Below are positions 37,043-50,900 of a stretch of DNA of 64,000 nucleotides, in pieces. The stretch is taken from positions 1-64,000 of the forward strand of contig LWCA01000005.1 in NCBI GenBank assembly GCA_001642005.1, given 5' to 3'. The notes beneath the pieces are model-generated. The model saw only the letters and a list, made by a program, of their open reading frames with translations, had not been told where the DNA came from and did no database searches. The stretch is from Intoshia linei (lineage: Eukaryota; Animalia; Orthonectida). Within the stretch, counting starts at the first letter, position 1. Each line of letters opens with the position of its first letter. The position numbers and the translations under genes are program-made.

Positions 37043-40000
37043 ATGAGCTTCAATAAAGACAAATTAGGAACTGTGTACAACAACGACAACAATAAACGTC
37101 CAGGTTGTAGAATGGGCGAAATAAGAAGGAATGTTATATAATTTTAAAACAAATTTATCCGTTTATAGATGCAATTGAAATATTTCCAAAATTTATTTAT
37201 TCAAAATGCAAACCATCCAATTACGTGTACTCTATAAATAGTAATTAAATATAACACTTATATAGCCAAAAATAGAGAATTAAAAGAAAATGGAATTAAG
37301 TATAATACTAATGTAGCCCAATATGGACAATTAAAAGAAAATGGAATTAAACATAAACCCAAGGTAATTGATCATAAATAGATAAAAACATTATAAAGGA
37401 AGAATACAAATTAATAAGTCGAAATATGAACGACAAACCTATTGTGGAATACAAAGAAAATACTAAAAAGTACGACGTTTCTAAAAATAAACCAAACGGT
37501 AATGGCAAAAAGGTACAAAAAATATTGAATCTGAGAGAAAATGAAATAAAATTTGCCAAAAATTATGGTAAGGTTCACGACTCGAAAGGTACAATTGTAG
37601 CTGAAAGACTGACTCGTCGTAGATGGGCAATATCACAATTATTTGATAAAAACAAGAAAAATATAATGTCTGAACCATTAAATGATTCCATTAAACTTGA
37701 AACATCTACATCATGTAGTGATTCTAGTTATTCAAGTTCAGAATCGGAAATATCTGACATTCAAGTAAAATACGCTACTAACAAACCATTAAATGATGAC
37801 TTGAAAAAGAAATTGTGCATGTTTTGTTTAAAGTACCAACACGAGCAAATTTCTAATAATATTTTTGTTGTGTTTCAAAAATCTATAGAAAAATCTTTTG
37901 ACAAACATTTACAATCTATCGAATGTTTCGGATATGTTGATATTGTTTCGGATTTAAAAGAATTGATAGCAAATATCATTGTAATGTATTACAATTTACA
38001 TCTAATTTTATTTGCTTTATTTTAAAAATAATTTTACATTTATTTAGAAGGGCACAAATCGAAATGAACATCCAATAAACGATTACAAAGGCTCCATTTT
38101 GAATATGATTACATTAATAAATGATAAAATTGATGCTTTTTTAGAAAATTGCGTATAATAATATTTTCATTACAATTTATTGGTTTAGAATTCAAGTGAA
38201 ATTCAATATCCAATGTATCTCAAACATTTGATTACAGAAGTTCTCAACAATGCAAAAATTAATAAAAATGAATTTAAATTTTGTGAAGTAATTTTTACAT
38301 TTATTCATTTGTACAACTTACAGACAATGCCACAAAAACGACCCCTCTTAAGGGTCAATTTAAACTGAATTGTATATCCTTCTATGGTGTTATTGCACGT
38401 TATGATTTAATATATTATCTCTTGGTCCCATTTTTTTTATTGATAAAGGAAGGACTCACTGAATTATAATAAAAATTTAATTTTTGGGAAAGTTCGACTT
38501 TTTCACGACAGTATGCATAATAATTTTATTTGAAATTGTTTGAAATATAATGAAAATTTTTAGATGAAGGTGTCTCATTTCAAAAATCGGAATAGCTACC
38601 CTCTGGGGAAGCCATCATTTAATATGGAGTCTAATTATAAAGCTGAAAAACCAATTAATGCACATCCATTATTAAATATTTGTTATTCTCTTTATATAAG
38701 CATTCCTGTCATGAATAACAAATTGATTAATAAAAATAATTCAGCAATTAGTATCATACAATTTTCTTTTAATTTACTAAATGTTTAGATTCTCCAATTT
38801 ACCGCATTTACAAGAAAAAATACCACTATTTCTTGGAAAAATACATTCAAAGCGAAAAGTTAAAAAAATGCAATACTCAGATGTATTAGAATAATTTTAT
38901 AAATTGAAAGTCAACTTTCAAAATATTGTCAAAAATATTTTATTATACCTTGATTAACCAAATTGTATATTTTACTTTTATTATAGTTAAACGTTTTAAC
39001 AAATTAAACTTTTAATCAGTTTTTCTTAATTATGTGTGTGCCATTGTTCACTTATATATTATACTTATATACACCTTATATATTGAAGAATGCAAGTTTT
39101 ATGATTTCATACTGTAGATCAGATGTGGGAAAACTTTTTTAGTCGGCGAGTAGGGTTGCCAACCGCGTTATTTCCCCCTAAGACTTAGTTTTTCAATTCA
39201 ACTCAGGGTTCAAGGTTAAGTGATATTTCTCAGGGTAATTTAATTATTTCAATCAAAATCATTTGAAATGTATTATTTGCTATTTGTTATGAAAAATTTA
39301 AAGTATTCATTTTGAAATGTGCAATAAAAATTGTGTGTAAACTGATACTATATTTTGAAAAAGAGGGCCCTCAAAAAAAATTTTAAATAACAAAAAAATA
39401 ACACGCTTCGCTGAAAAAATTCGGTTGAGAATAACTTAATGTTGTAACCCTATCGGCGAGCAAAATTTTCATAACAAAAAATTACGTGGGCAATATGAAA
39501 AATAATTTTTTCTGATAATTTTAGTTTCCAAGAAAATATGGTCAAAAACATACAGTATCTTACAATGTTAACAAAATTATTCAAAGTTCACAGTGTGAAC
39601 TTCACATATATAGTCTACTATAGTCTTGTAAATTTGTAGGCCGCTGTGACAAAACAATGCAATTTAATTTAAACTTTAACGTGTAGCTGTTTTGGTGATG
39701 CGGTTGAATAACTTAATAAAGTGATTTTAATTTATTTCAGGTAATTACTTTTGGTATACTACAACTTTATAGACTAATTTACATTCACCCTTCAATTAAT
39801 CCTGTCAAATCAAATCACATTTTTATCGAGTTATGATAAATTGGAAAAACTACAGTTATGGCCTGACAAAAATTAAATAAATATTCTCAGACATAATTTA
39901 ATTACAGTATTTAATATATTCCTATGAATTGCTCTACAAGGCGACTTATGCCACTACATTCTATATTTTTTTTTACGATACAACAAATATAAAATGGATA

Positions 40001-40170
40001 AAAACATTAACCTAAACAAGAAGTTTTTACAGAATACTTTCATTATTTCTATTATGATACAATTCAAAGACAGAATAATGAATATTTAAGATTTTTAAAT
40101 TATAGACACGTTTATAAACTACTGAGAGATGATTCGAATACTTTCACATCTTTCCTCGAAATAAGTTAGT
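37043..40170 (+). CDS. Hypothetical multi-exon gene; 3' extent uncertain, possibly two genes
   Basis: ATG 37043 MSFNKDKLGTVY splices through roughly 36-nt introns into the large exon containing ORF 37426-38025. Further exons follow (KGTNRNEHPIND..., NSSEIQYPMYLKHLITEVL...). Includes a 51-bp-period repeat encoding LKENGIK twice. No family recognised. Confidence 0.5.
39151..39452. mobile_element. hAT (Blackjack-like) MITE inserted into the end of an older element starting at 39120
   Basis: TIR TAGGGTTGCCAAC / GTTGTAACCCTA; perfect TSD tcggcgag. Confidence 0.85.
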
Positions 40171-40667
40171 TAAAAGCGTCGGCCATCAAAGTGGTCCATA
40201 TCGATCCAAGGGGTCGATGTTACGTTTTGAGATTGTGGGATCAACAAAAATGATATTCTTCTAAAGAATGGTTATCAAACTTTATTTGGCTACTGATCAA
40301 TAATTTGTCATTAAATATACCATCTAATTTCTAAGAAACCAAATATTAGCACTACGTTACATTTAGGTCCTTTTAGTTTAATTTTAAATTTTTCGCAAAT
40401 GGGACAAACACAAAAACTGTTTATCGACCACTCATTTAAAAATTGAGATTTTATACCCCAGATAACTTTATATCTCCAGAAATGTACCTTTTTTGTCACC
40501 AAGCGAGACAGTATCTTGAATATTGATTAAAGGTAACCTATAGATTATCAAAACATAACTGACCCACCGAGTTGTACAATGTACTTATCTGAGGTGTTAT
40601 TTAATATAATCAATTATGCATATTAGTAGTAATCTTATTTATAGGTACACAGCTAATTTTTATCATA

Positions 40668-43600
40668 ATGAAGGCTTTGATTCAACGAGTATCGAGAGCT
40701 TCTGTTTTAGGTTATTATGAATATATACTTCGAAAGGTTTTGAGCGTAGTCCATTCTTCTGTGTTATATTATATTATTATATAAACATGTATCGATGAAA
40801 CTAAAGAGCTATTTTTAATTTAGATTAGATTTTGAGTAATTATGATGTCGAATGAAAATAAATTAAATTGAATTAAAATTTTATAATACTGTTAAGTCAA
40901 AAATTTTTGACCTCCAAATCATTATATATTGATTTAATTTCTAGTTGACAGTGAAATTATTGGTGCTATAAACCAAGGACTTTGCGTTTTCATAGGAATT
41001 TCAAAATATGATACGATTGACGATATGAATTATGTGTAGGTTTTTTTAAAATAATCATCCACCTATTTATGGTTATTATTTTAAATTTAATTTCTCATGT
41101 ATCCACATACATGTACAATGTACATGTATATGTGGCAGTTAAAGGTTCGGTTACCCACACTTTTTTCACGGCGGACCGGTAATAAATTATAAAATTTATC
41201 GCTGACCATTAAAGCGAAATTACCAGGCAACATAAAAAAAATTTTATAAAAAACGTAATAAATTGACTTCTAATAATTACTAATTAGTAAAAATTTTCAC
41301 TAACCAGTACTGGTTCGCGGACCTGAATTTGGGAAACGCTGGTTGAAGGTAATGGTTATCAGATAATTTTTTACTAAATGAAATGTGGAATTTGTTTAAT
41401 CTTTGCACATTTTAAAATGTATATGTGTTTTTCGTATCAAAATTTAAGGTGTGCCTAAATTTTTATGTATTCCACTGGTATGCTCTAAAGTAGAAAAGGT
41501 TAAGAAACATTGCAGTAGGCGTTCAATGGTGACCACTAAATATCAGATAGAAACAACCGAACCATAAAAATTTCATCAAAAAAAAAAAAAAAAAACTGTT
41601 TTATTTACATCCCTTAACAAATTGTTTTGTTAGATATGGGACTATATTTAAGTATTTTTGTAAAATTAATGTATCCTGTTTATTCTCAAAAAACGTTGTT
41701 CCTAATTGTCCTGTAATTTCCAAAATAATGTACCGGGGAATAAATTTTCTATTTTACAAAATGAATGTAATTATTGTTGAAAATTTTCCACTTTTGCTGT
41801 AAACTTTTTGCACATTAAAAATTCTTCCACGTGTGCTCCAATTATACACATCAATAGATTATATTAATTATATAAATTTATAATGTGACAAAAATATCAT
41901 TAAATCAAAGTAAGTTAGTTTTTGAAATTGGAAATGTTACCATTTTATTTAAACATTAATGTTAATGCAAAACACATTAGTCATGTTACAATTATTTTTT
42001 GTCAAATTAGAGTTCGATCTATATTAAACTTGCGACTGTTTAATGGACCTAACGGAGAAAAATGGCACTTATCTGTTAAAGAAAAAGCTTATGAAATATT
42101 GTGTATTAGTCAGGTATTTTTGAATTATATTTCAGTTAGTAATTATTAATTATAATACAAAAAAATTGTTCTTAAATTTAATTAACAATGTAAATAATGG
42201 TATTATAATGAAATTAATTTTAAATATTACATTTCTCCTTCTTTATACCAGCGTGACCATTGTCACACAGATGTTTAAAAATTAATACAATAATACTTTT
42301 ATAACATAAGAATTTGAGATTAAACCAAACTCTAGGTCACACGTAAATAAAAATATGCGTTTAAAAAAATTTTTCGCTTGAGGCGTAGTGCCATATAGTC
42401 CCTAGCCACTTATCACCTATTCAGTGATGTTCACTTGGTATTTAAAAGTTAATGCTGAAAGTAGTATAGTAATGATATTCAAGAATATAATTTTTAATAA
42501 TCAATTTGTAAAAATAAGGCCCATTTTAAAAAAATTCCCTATCCCGAAGAGGGGCTCGAGGTACGATAGGTTTGGGGCAAGCTGGATTGGTCAAAGTACC
42601 AAATTAGCAACTGTAAAATTTCGAGACAGTAATGTCAGTGACTTATAATAGTTACATTATACCGGTTATTGTTTTAAATTTTTCTCAGACCCACGTTTGG
42701 AATAGCTTAGTATATAACGAACTTTTTGTTAAAAATACTTAATGCTAATAGTGTCAGACTAATGGTTTAAGTTTAAGTTAGGGGTCTGTAACCTTTTGCG
42801 TCTCGTGAGCCACTTTTTTATATCAAAAAATTCCACGGAGCTCGTTTTTGAAAATGTATCTTGATACATTTACTTTTATAAAGAGAAATGGTTAGAACAG
42901 TTTTTCCCAACCTTTTCTATGCTAGGCCCCACTGAAAAAAAATTCGAGCGAATTATAATAAAATAATGATAAAAACAATAATAATGTATTTATTTTTTAG
43001 AATTAATGAGACGATTGAGCCTGACGATTCTGACAGAGTTTATTAATATTAGGTACTAATGTTGTAAGCTTTAATCGTAGATCTCCCCTTTTTGAAATTT
43101 GTAGTCTATTTATTTTTTTGCGAGTAAGTCTAAAACTGCACTAAACCCACATTCTGCTAAATAAGAGGATGGAAATATCAACAAAGCAACCCTAGCAAAA
43201 GTAGTCGGATAATTTTGCAAATTTACAAATTTGGCATTTGCATATACTCATCAATTTAGTTAAATTTTAATTCAATAACCCACGATCATTAAAAATATAT
43301 TTGTTTTTTGTCATTCTAATAATTTAATAATACAATTAATTGGTTCAAGTATCACATAACCACTTATAAATTTGAGAATATTGTATAAAATTAACAATAA
43401 ATTAATCTAAAGTTTCATAATTCTATAAATTTGTAATATTTCCCAGGCCCCACCAAAAATTTCGTCATGCCCCACCAGTGGCGCCTGGCCCCACGCTTGG
43501 GAAACACTGGGTTAGAGTATATTCAACAAAATAAAATCCAGAGCGATTTGAAAATTCTGTATTAAAATGATTATAATTATTAATGAGCCAATTTTAGTAG

Positions 43601-45003
43601 AAAATGTTTAAAACGGTGTTTAAAAGTTGAAAAATAAATAATTTACATATTTACTTAAAGGGCCACCAATATTATTCTGTAGTTGCCGACCCCTGGTTGA
43701 AGTCAAGAGAATTAAAAAATTAAGCTACATTTTTGAGACTTAGTAAATTGGAAACACGGTTAATACCTTGAGTCAAAATGTTTCGTAGCAGAGATTCTGG
43801 GTCCCAAAACCCATATGAATCACTTCAGCCCAGGGCCGTGGAGAGTGGCTAGGGTCATATGGCCCGGGTCTACAACCATGAAGGCCTACTTTTTAAATTT
43901 ATTAATAAGTAATGTTGGAAAATTTCTATAACCCATGCGATTTCCAACGGTTATTTTTAATTTTTAGATAATGAACGATGAATTAAGCAATGTATAGAGT
44001 GGTTAATAACCATATCTCTACTATTATTAATCAGGTTATAGAAAGGTGGGGAAGCATTTACTTTTCGAAGGTCGCACTAATGATTTTCTAAACAAAATTT
44101 AATCAAATACAGCAGTGCTTCTCATGGGGTGACTGGTCCCTTAACCCTTTCGCTGTCTGTGGATTCTGTTATGCACAGTAAAATAATGAAAAACTTTATT
44201 CTTTTATAATCATATATTTGCAATGTGAATCATTAAAATTGGTAATTTAAAATTATACAAATTTAAATTAAAACATGCATTTCAGACGTGTGGTGATAGT
44301 ACATAAAATTGCACTAGACAGCGAAATGTTAAACCGCTTTGCCAATATTTTTCTGAAAAATCCCATTTTACCAAAAATGAATATTTTATAAATAAAATAA
44401 TTCAAATGGTTCAGAAGGCCTCACCAAATCGTCAGTAACTTTCCCCACCTCTGGTATATAGAGGTCCCTTTTTTGAAAAAATTTCCATAACATAATTGTA
44501 AGTTCCTCTTATTGTTCGTGTTTGGTTACCTTTTAACTCCTGTTACTTTCAAAAACGAATGTTGCTGCCATTCTAATATAAAGAATAATTTTTCGTCTAA
44601 ACTACAATGTTTTTTGATCTGTATAAAGCAATCGTTTAGTTTACACTCCAGTCTACACTAAAAGGCTGCAAACCAGATTTTCGAGCTGCTATGCCTAGTG
44701 AGGACGCAAAAATAATGTACGACAATTTGATTAATGGAGTTAAAAACGGTTATGATTGTGATAAAGTGAAATGTAAAATAAAAATATAATTATAATAAAG
44801 TAAAATCTAGGTGGAAAATTCCAGGCATTCCAAAAAATTAACATTGAAAATAACGGACCAGTAACAATAATGGTAGACTCATCAGAAAAAAAGGTAAATA
44901 TACAAAATAACAAAATAAATGAACGGTCTAGTTTAATATAAACAAAAAGAAAAACGTATCAAATGGTTCAGAAAATATTGACAAAACACGAAATCTTCCA
45001 TAA
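40668..45003 (+). CDS. DTD1: D-aminoacyl-tRNA deacylase 1; 6 exons, with TE-expanded introns 2 and 3
   Basis: MKALIQRVSRASV|VDSEIIGAINQGLCVFIGIS..D|VRSILNLRLF...W..SV...YEILCISQ|FTLQSTLKGCKPDFRAAM|CGKFQA...NNGPVTI. SQFTL and Gly-cisPro motifs present. Confidence 0.93.
41146..41341. mobile_element. Buster-type MITE in DTD1 intron 2
   Basis: Right end TTTGGGAAACGCTG, degenerate left end; TSD gttaaagg/gttgaagg. Confidence 0.6.
42779..43695. mobile_element. Buster-type MITE (27728-27985 family, inverted) interrupted by a nested element
   Basis: TAGGGGTC...GTTGCCGACCCCTG; TSD gtttaagt/gttgaagt. Confidence 0.8.
42898..43509 (-). mobile_element. Internally deleted Buster element retaining the transposase C-terminus
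   Basis: TIR CAGTTTTTCCCAA / TTGGGAAACACTG; TSD ggttagaa/ggttagag. The minus strand at about 43218-43003 reads YPTTFARVALLIFPSSYLAECGFSAVLDLLAKKINRLQISKRGDLRLKLTTLVPNINKLCQNRQAQSSH*. Confidence 0.85.
43831..44485. mobile_element. Tip100-like MITE (15350 family) containing a CAGAGGTGGGGAA MITE at about 44040-44453
   Basis: CAGGGCCGTGGAGAG start, colinear with 15350-15560 on both sides of the inserted element. Confidence 0.7.
44145..44328. mobile_element. piggyBac-like MITE, innermost of a triple nest
   Basis: TTAA|CCCTTTCGCTGTCT ... AGACAGCGAAATG|TTAA. Confidence 0.75.
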
Positions 45004-45082
45004 TAAACCTTTTTAGCTAATGTTCATATTCTTTCTTTTTCTAGATTCAACACCACGTTTACTTTGGACGCTACCAAACTTG

Positions 45083-45720
45083 CTATTGAGAGCATCCGAC
45101 TAAAAATGTACATTGTACAACTTTTAAAATATTATAAACTTTTTCCATATAAGTCATTTCCTCGTTGTATTCAAAGTCAATTTTGGATTCTAATATCATG
45201 TATAAGGTTAAACTGTGTACAAGAATATACCATTAAGGATTGGTTTCATTTGTATAAAATTGACTGGGTTAACGTTAATGATATTTCCGAGTTGATCTGT
45301 ATCGAGGGTGTAATAACTAAAATCAATATTGAATTATTGAAAATATACTCAAATTGATCGGAATTGTCAGTGTATATACCATGATATGTATAGTTATCGA
45401 CTTGGCAAATCTAAGCATAGGTATTAGAGGCGAAATAATATTTACCACTGCTTCATTTCTAGAAAAAGCCATATCAGTAGTATCGTTTATAACGTCTGCG
45501 TGCTCGAATTTCACTAAATTAAACCAATATATAAACAGTTGGCACGTACAATGTAGTCTGTATACCTACAATGTTCTTCAAATTGCTATTCATGAATGGT
45601 GTTTTTAAGTAATTGAAACTAAACTAGAATCAATAATTATTTTAATTATTCTACATCATCTAAATACAGTAAAATAAAGAATATTATTGCTAAACTGTGC
45701 CACAGGATGATATCAATAAG
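45083..45720 (-). CDS. Small hypothetical multi-exon gene; 5' end uncertain
   Basis: In-frame splicing gives ...NSNLKNIV|VKFEHADVINDTTDMAFSRNEAV|ICQVDNYTYHGIYTDNSDQFEYIFNNSILILVITPSIQINSEISLT|LTLYMILESKIDFEYNEEMTYMEKVYNILKVVQCTFLVGCSQ*. Confidence 0.5.
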
Positions 45721-46028
45721 GCATCTTATGAATAATGTACGTTTTATTATTATAAATGAGAGCGATTGTCACAAAAACAAAAATCAACCCAAATTACACA
45801 TTTGTACACAAAATCTAATCTAGCAATCAAATAACAAGTCAAAACATTGCATTGTAATTCTTTGTGTTGGCCATTAGCTTTTAATTGAAATAAATTTTAA
45901 TGTGCGTTAAATATACCAAGTTATCAAACGAAAAATAACAAATAAAAGTTTAAATACTTTAATTATACTGCAATTATTGTAGATTTCAACATATATTTAT
46001 ATACCTTGATTTTTACAGCATCCTTGTA

Positions 46029-47917
46029 ATGCGAAAAGCGTTAAATAAGACTCGTGAAAAACAAAAGGTAATTTAAGATTAACTTTATTTAAATTAATCG
46101 ATAACTCACATGAAATATAGAAAGATAAACGTCAACTAACTTCAAACATGATTCAACTCAGCGGAAACCCGCAAAATATACAAAATCAAACCAGTAAGAC
46201 AGGAATTGCAACCACAAAGTCGCATCAATTGTGCACAGCACCAAATCACACTACAAAGAAACGTTTTATAGTTCCTATCCACCCAAATGCTAAACTTTGC
46301 AAAGAATTGGAGGATATTACGCCTTTATCTGGTATATTCGTGTAATTTCAATTGCTAAACATTTTAGATGCATCTTCATTGGATAGGGAGCAACTTTTAA
46401 TTAAAAAAATCATAATATGTGAGTACATATTCGATTTTAGTATTTACAATGGTGATCACATGCGATGGCGTGAAATCAAAAGAAAAAGATTAATAGAAAT
46501 TATTTCATATTTATCTCATCAAAAGAGTATAATAAACCACACGGTATGTCCTCACTTTTTCAATATGCTTTCCGTCAATATTTTTCGAGACATGGTTCAC
46601 ACAAACCCAGTCGGTCCACAGTATGACGTTGAAGAGGACGAAGCGGTATTAGGTTTAGAATCTGGTGTAACCCTATAATTTTAAACTTTAGATGCTGTTT
46701 GGCCACATCTCATGGTATTTTCAAAATTTTGACGTTTGTTATGTGTATAAATTTAGCTAGTATTTGAAATTTTTCTTAAAGTTATTGAAAGTTCCGATTT
46801 TACTATGAATTTTGCAAAGAAATACTTACAAAATTGCTTTCTAGTGAAATTGATACATTATTTCGACAGTGAAGATCCTAGGGAAAGAGAATTTCTAAAA
46901 ACCATTTTGCATAGAATATATGGTAAATTTTTGGGACTACGTCCTTCTATTCGAAAAATTATAAACAATGTTATTTACCAATTTATTTATGAAACCGAAC
47001 ATCATAATGGTATCATGGAATTGCTGGAAATTTTAGGCAGTATTATTAACGGTTTCAGTATACCATTAAAACAAGAACACAAAATTTTTTTTTCACATAT
47101 TCTTATGCCTCTTCATAAAAATAAGTCACTTTCCTTGTACCACCCGCAATTGGTATATTGCACTCTTCAATTCGTTGAAAAGGAGTCTTCATTGGTGAGA
47201 ATTTTAATACATTTCTTGCTGAAATATTGGCCAAAACTTAACAGTACAAAAGAAGTCCAATTCATCAACGAACTTGAAGAAATTTTAGATATTATTGATG
47301 GCAATGAATTTGAAATTGTGGCTGCTGATGTATTTAAACAGATTGCTAAATGTGTTGACAGTACTCACTTTCAAGTAGCAGAAAGAGCTCTTTATTTATG
47401 GAATAATGAAATTATTGTAGGTCATATTGCTACCAATATTAAGATTATTTTACCAATCATGTATCCTGTTCTCCAAAAAAACCCTGAAGATAATTGGAAC
47501 AAGACTACTAATGGTCTTGTTTACAACACTTTAAAGGTTTTTATGGAAATAAATCAAAAATTATTTGATGAATTTGTCATCAATTATAGTAAAATTGTCG
47601 AAGAGAAAAATAAAAATACCATTAAAAGAGTTACTCGCTGGGCTTCCATTATTAATAAAGCTAAAACAAATCCTCTCTACCAATCTGTCGGGTATGATAT
47701 AGATTTGAAGTCTGTCCCACGATACCAGGATTATCAAAGAATTTGCAAAAACCCAATCAATCTTAATTTATCAATCAAAAGTTCCACGAAAGACGAATAC
47801 ATTGCATCATCCAAGTCTCCCGAAAATTCTAAATCAAAAAAAAATTCAGAAATCGATAATCCACTTATTCGACGAAAATCAGAATTACCCAAAAAATTTT
47901 CAAAAAAAATTATTTAA
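46029..47917 (+). CDS. PPP2R5: PP2A regulatory subunit B56 (B'), gamma/delta-like; multi-exon
   Basis: [98 protein letters not shown], and C-terminal LIRRKSELP. Confidence 0.95.
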
Positions 47918-47988
47918 ATTGTTGTTGTCTTAAGGCTGTAAATAACTGTACGTTACATAAATTTATTAATAAATAATCAATTAATTAA

Positions 47989-50900
47989 TCAATTAACGTT
48001 CACTGCTATTAACCCGTTTTGTTTGTAATAGTCTATCAATGTTTTTCCAACGTTTTCTCCAAGTTTCATGTCTAAGTATTTATTTTTAAATTTAATCAAT
48101 ACTCATTTTATTGATGAATTAGCATAATTATTTATCTATGAATAAGATGTACCAAAATTATCTAAAGTGTAATTTTCATATTTTTAGTGTATTTATAATT
48201 CACTTTCTAATTTACATCTATTTATCAAATTTAATTATTCGTATGTTAATAATCGTTTTTTATTTTAAGTTTTACAAAATTAAGTGCAGTTATCGATCTT
48301 TTAAAAGTTGAGTCAGTGATTCTTAAAATTTTGTTTCGAAGCTGACTTGAATAAAATTAAAAAATTTACATCACCAGTTTCAAATTAAAAGAAAAAATTT
48401 TAAAAAGGCCCTCGTGCCAAAATAACTCATTTTTTTCCATAACGATTACCAGGACTTATAAATTAATGGATAGTGTTAAATATGTTTTATAGTTTTTTAT
48501 TTATATATACTGGTTTAATTTTCATCTGACCGAGTCTAATGTTGAGTGGACGCGACCCTGTTTTCGGGGGCAACCAATTTTTGAAATGACAAGATATATC
48601 ATTAATTTTTAATCATACAGTGTCGCTCTCAAAGTGACCACTTTCGGAGATTTTCAACTAATCACAATTAATTGATTATTAGAAATGAATAAAATGAAAT
48701 GAGATTACATAAAATAAAGATGTATGATTTTAAAAAATTTACTATCGGTTGACCAATAGACTATTAAATATTGTCAATTGATCCTTGTATATAGTATCAC
48801 TCAATTAAATCAAATCTTAAAAGTCTACCAAATATTTTAGAAGGCATCACTTCACATCAATCACATCACAGATGAGCGGCGGGATAGTGGTGCATTCAGG
48901 CCGCATGCGCCATTATTGACGATTTGGTGTGGCCTTCTGAACAATTTCAATTATTTTTCAAAAAAATATTGGTAAAAGCGGCTTTTTCCTTAAAGGTTAG
49001 TAAAATTAGATTTTTTCTTTTGCCATCAGATAGAGGGATTTTTGATCTAAATATTTGCTAAAATGGGATTTTCCCTTAAGTGTTGGTAAAATTTTGGTTT
49101 TGGTTTTTTTTGTATAAGATTTTACTAAATTGAATAAAATATGGAAAAAATTTATTATTCACCCCAATCATCTAAAATTTTCGTATTCACCCCTAATAAA
49201 ATTATTCACCTCCATGAGAAGCACTGCTGTATATGATTGAATGTTATTTAGAAAAGTGCGGCTTTATTAAATTTTTTAGGGACGTTAGTGCGGGCTTCGA
49301 ACAGTAAATGCTTCCCCATCTCTCACTTAGATCAGTGTTTTCCAAAATTTTTTCAGCTAACGCCCCTTATAAAATGTAACCTATTTTATAAAGTACGGTG
49401 CACTTTTATTTTATCAATTTTCATTGACATGATTGCATTTTATGTTTTTCTGTCAATTTGTTTATCCTGGGTTCCATACGACTGACAAATAACATGAAAT
49501 CTTTCCTTTTTACAATTTGAAGATCATTTATATTTTCTGTGCTTAGTTAGAAATTGAGTAACCGCACTGAATCTACGCACTGCCATGTATAACGATGAGA
49601 AAACTAAAATAAATCTATATTTCTTTCCATAATTGTGGATATCAATCTGGAATTTCCTTCTGTGATCAAAATAATTGGTTATTTTAAAGATTCCCATTAT
49701 TTATTATATATATTATTCGATCAACATCGTAAATAAAAATATTGTTGGAAACATTTAATAATCATTTGTTATTTTTGAAAATTTTTTTAATCCTCACCTG
49801 TAAACCAAAAACACCCTAAATTATTTCAAAAGTGTTATCGCGCTAAGCACTCAAAAATTACACCGGGTATCGTTTATGTTGGGAACACTGACTTAGATCG
49901 TGATTTTCTAACTTTTTAGTTCTCTGTGTCCTTAAGTAAGTACAAAATAAATTCCTTTTTAATTGTGTCATATTTCTTAATGCATCTGTCGCCAACATTT
50001 AAGATAATACTATTCAGTTGTACGTCAGTTTTGGTTTCCTTTTTTATAAAAGGCCTTCTATATGGTGAGTTTTGAGAGCGATCACTATTTTCAAAAAATC
50101 ATTATCTCATTACATTAAATCTTAAGTTTAGATTTCAACTACTGTGCACTGTATTACATTAATATTTCTAGTTTAATTTAATAATGAAATACAAGAAAAT
50201 TCGTTGTATAGTTGCATTTTTGTTGCATTAGACGCTACTCCATCAGATTTTGGTAAATAACTAAAATTATATTATTATTATGAGATTAGATAGTATTGTT
50301 AAGTGGTTCTCAATTTATCAACGATCCTCAATTTAAAAAAAATTTTTATCATTAAATTTATAATGTTAAATCAATTTTGTCAAAAAAACAAATTATTCAA
50401 TACCGTCATAAAATTTAAATTGCACCATCCGAAAAATTTTTGTTTTGAATTAAAAATGAATATTCATTAACATTAATCAATTGTAATTAGGAAATACAAT
50501 TAATTATAAAGTATTATTAATAGTGTCCTATTTTAAAAATGTATATTATACATTTTCTTCACGGACATATTTAATCAATATCATTAATTTATGACGAGTG
50601 TGGTTTACACCAGTGGTTCTCAAACAAATATTGACGACTTCTAACAGTATAACATACACAAATATTACTAAGTTTTTTTGTATTACTTTAACCCCTTCAT
50701 GTGTCTTTTTCTCTCTTAATTAAACCATATTAATCTCTTGTCGTTGTGAACTACTCTTATAAATAATCCTTAAATGAATTTTCAGAATACATAAATTATA
50801 TTAATAAAATATCAAAGACCAAATCAAAGTTATTATTAACAATTCTATTTTTATGTAATAATTTTCTCAAATCTCAGGGCCCCTTCAGAATGTGTAGACC

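Noticed and set aside
40717-40775. Intronic ttgagcgtagtccatt loosely complementary to an LSU rRNA segment, a possible C/D snoRNA
   Set aside because: Complementarity is interrupted and there is no convincing box C or CTGA box D.
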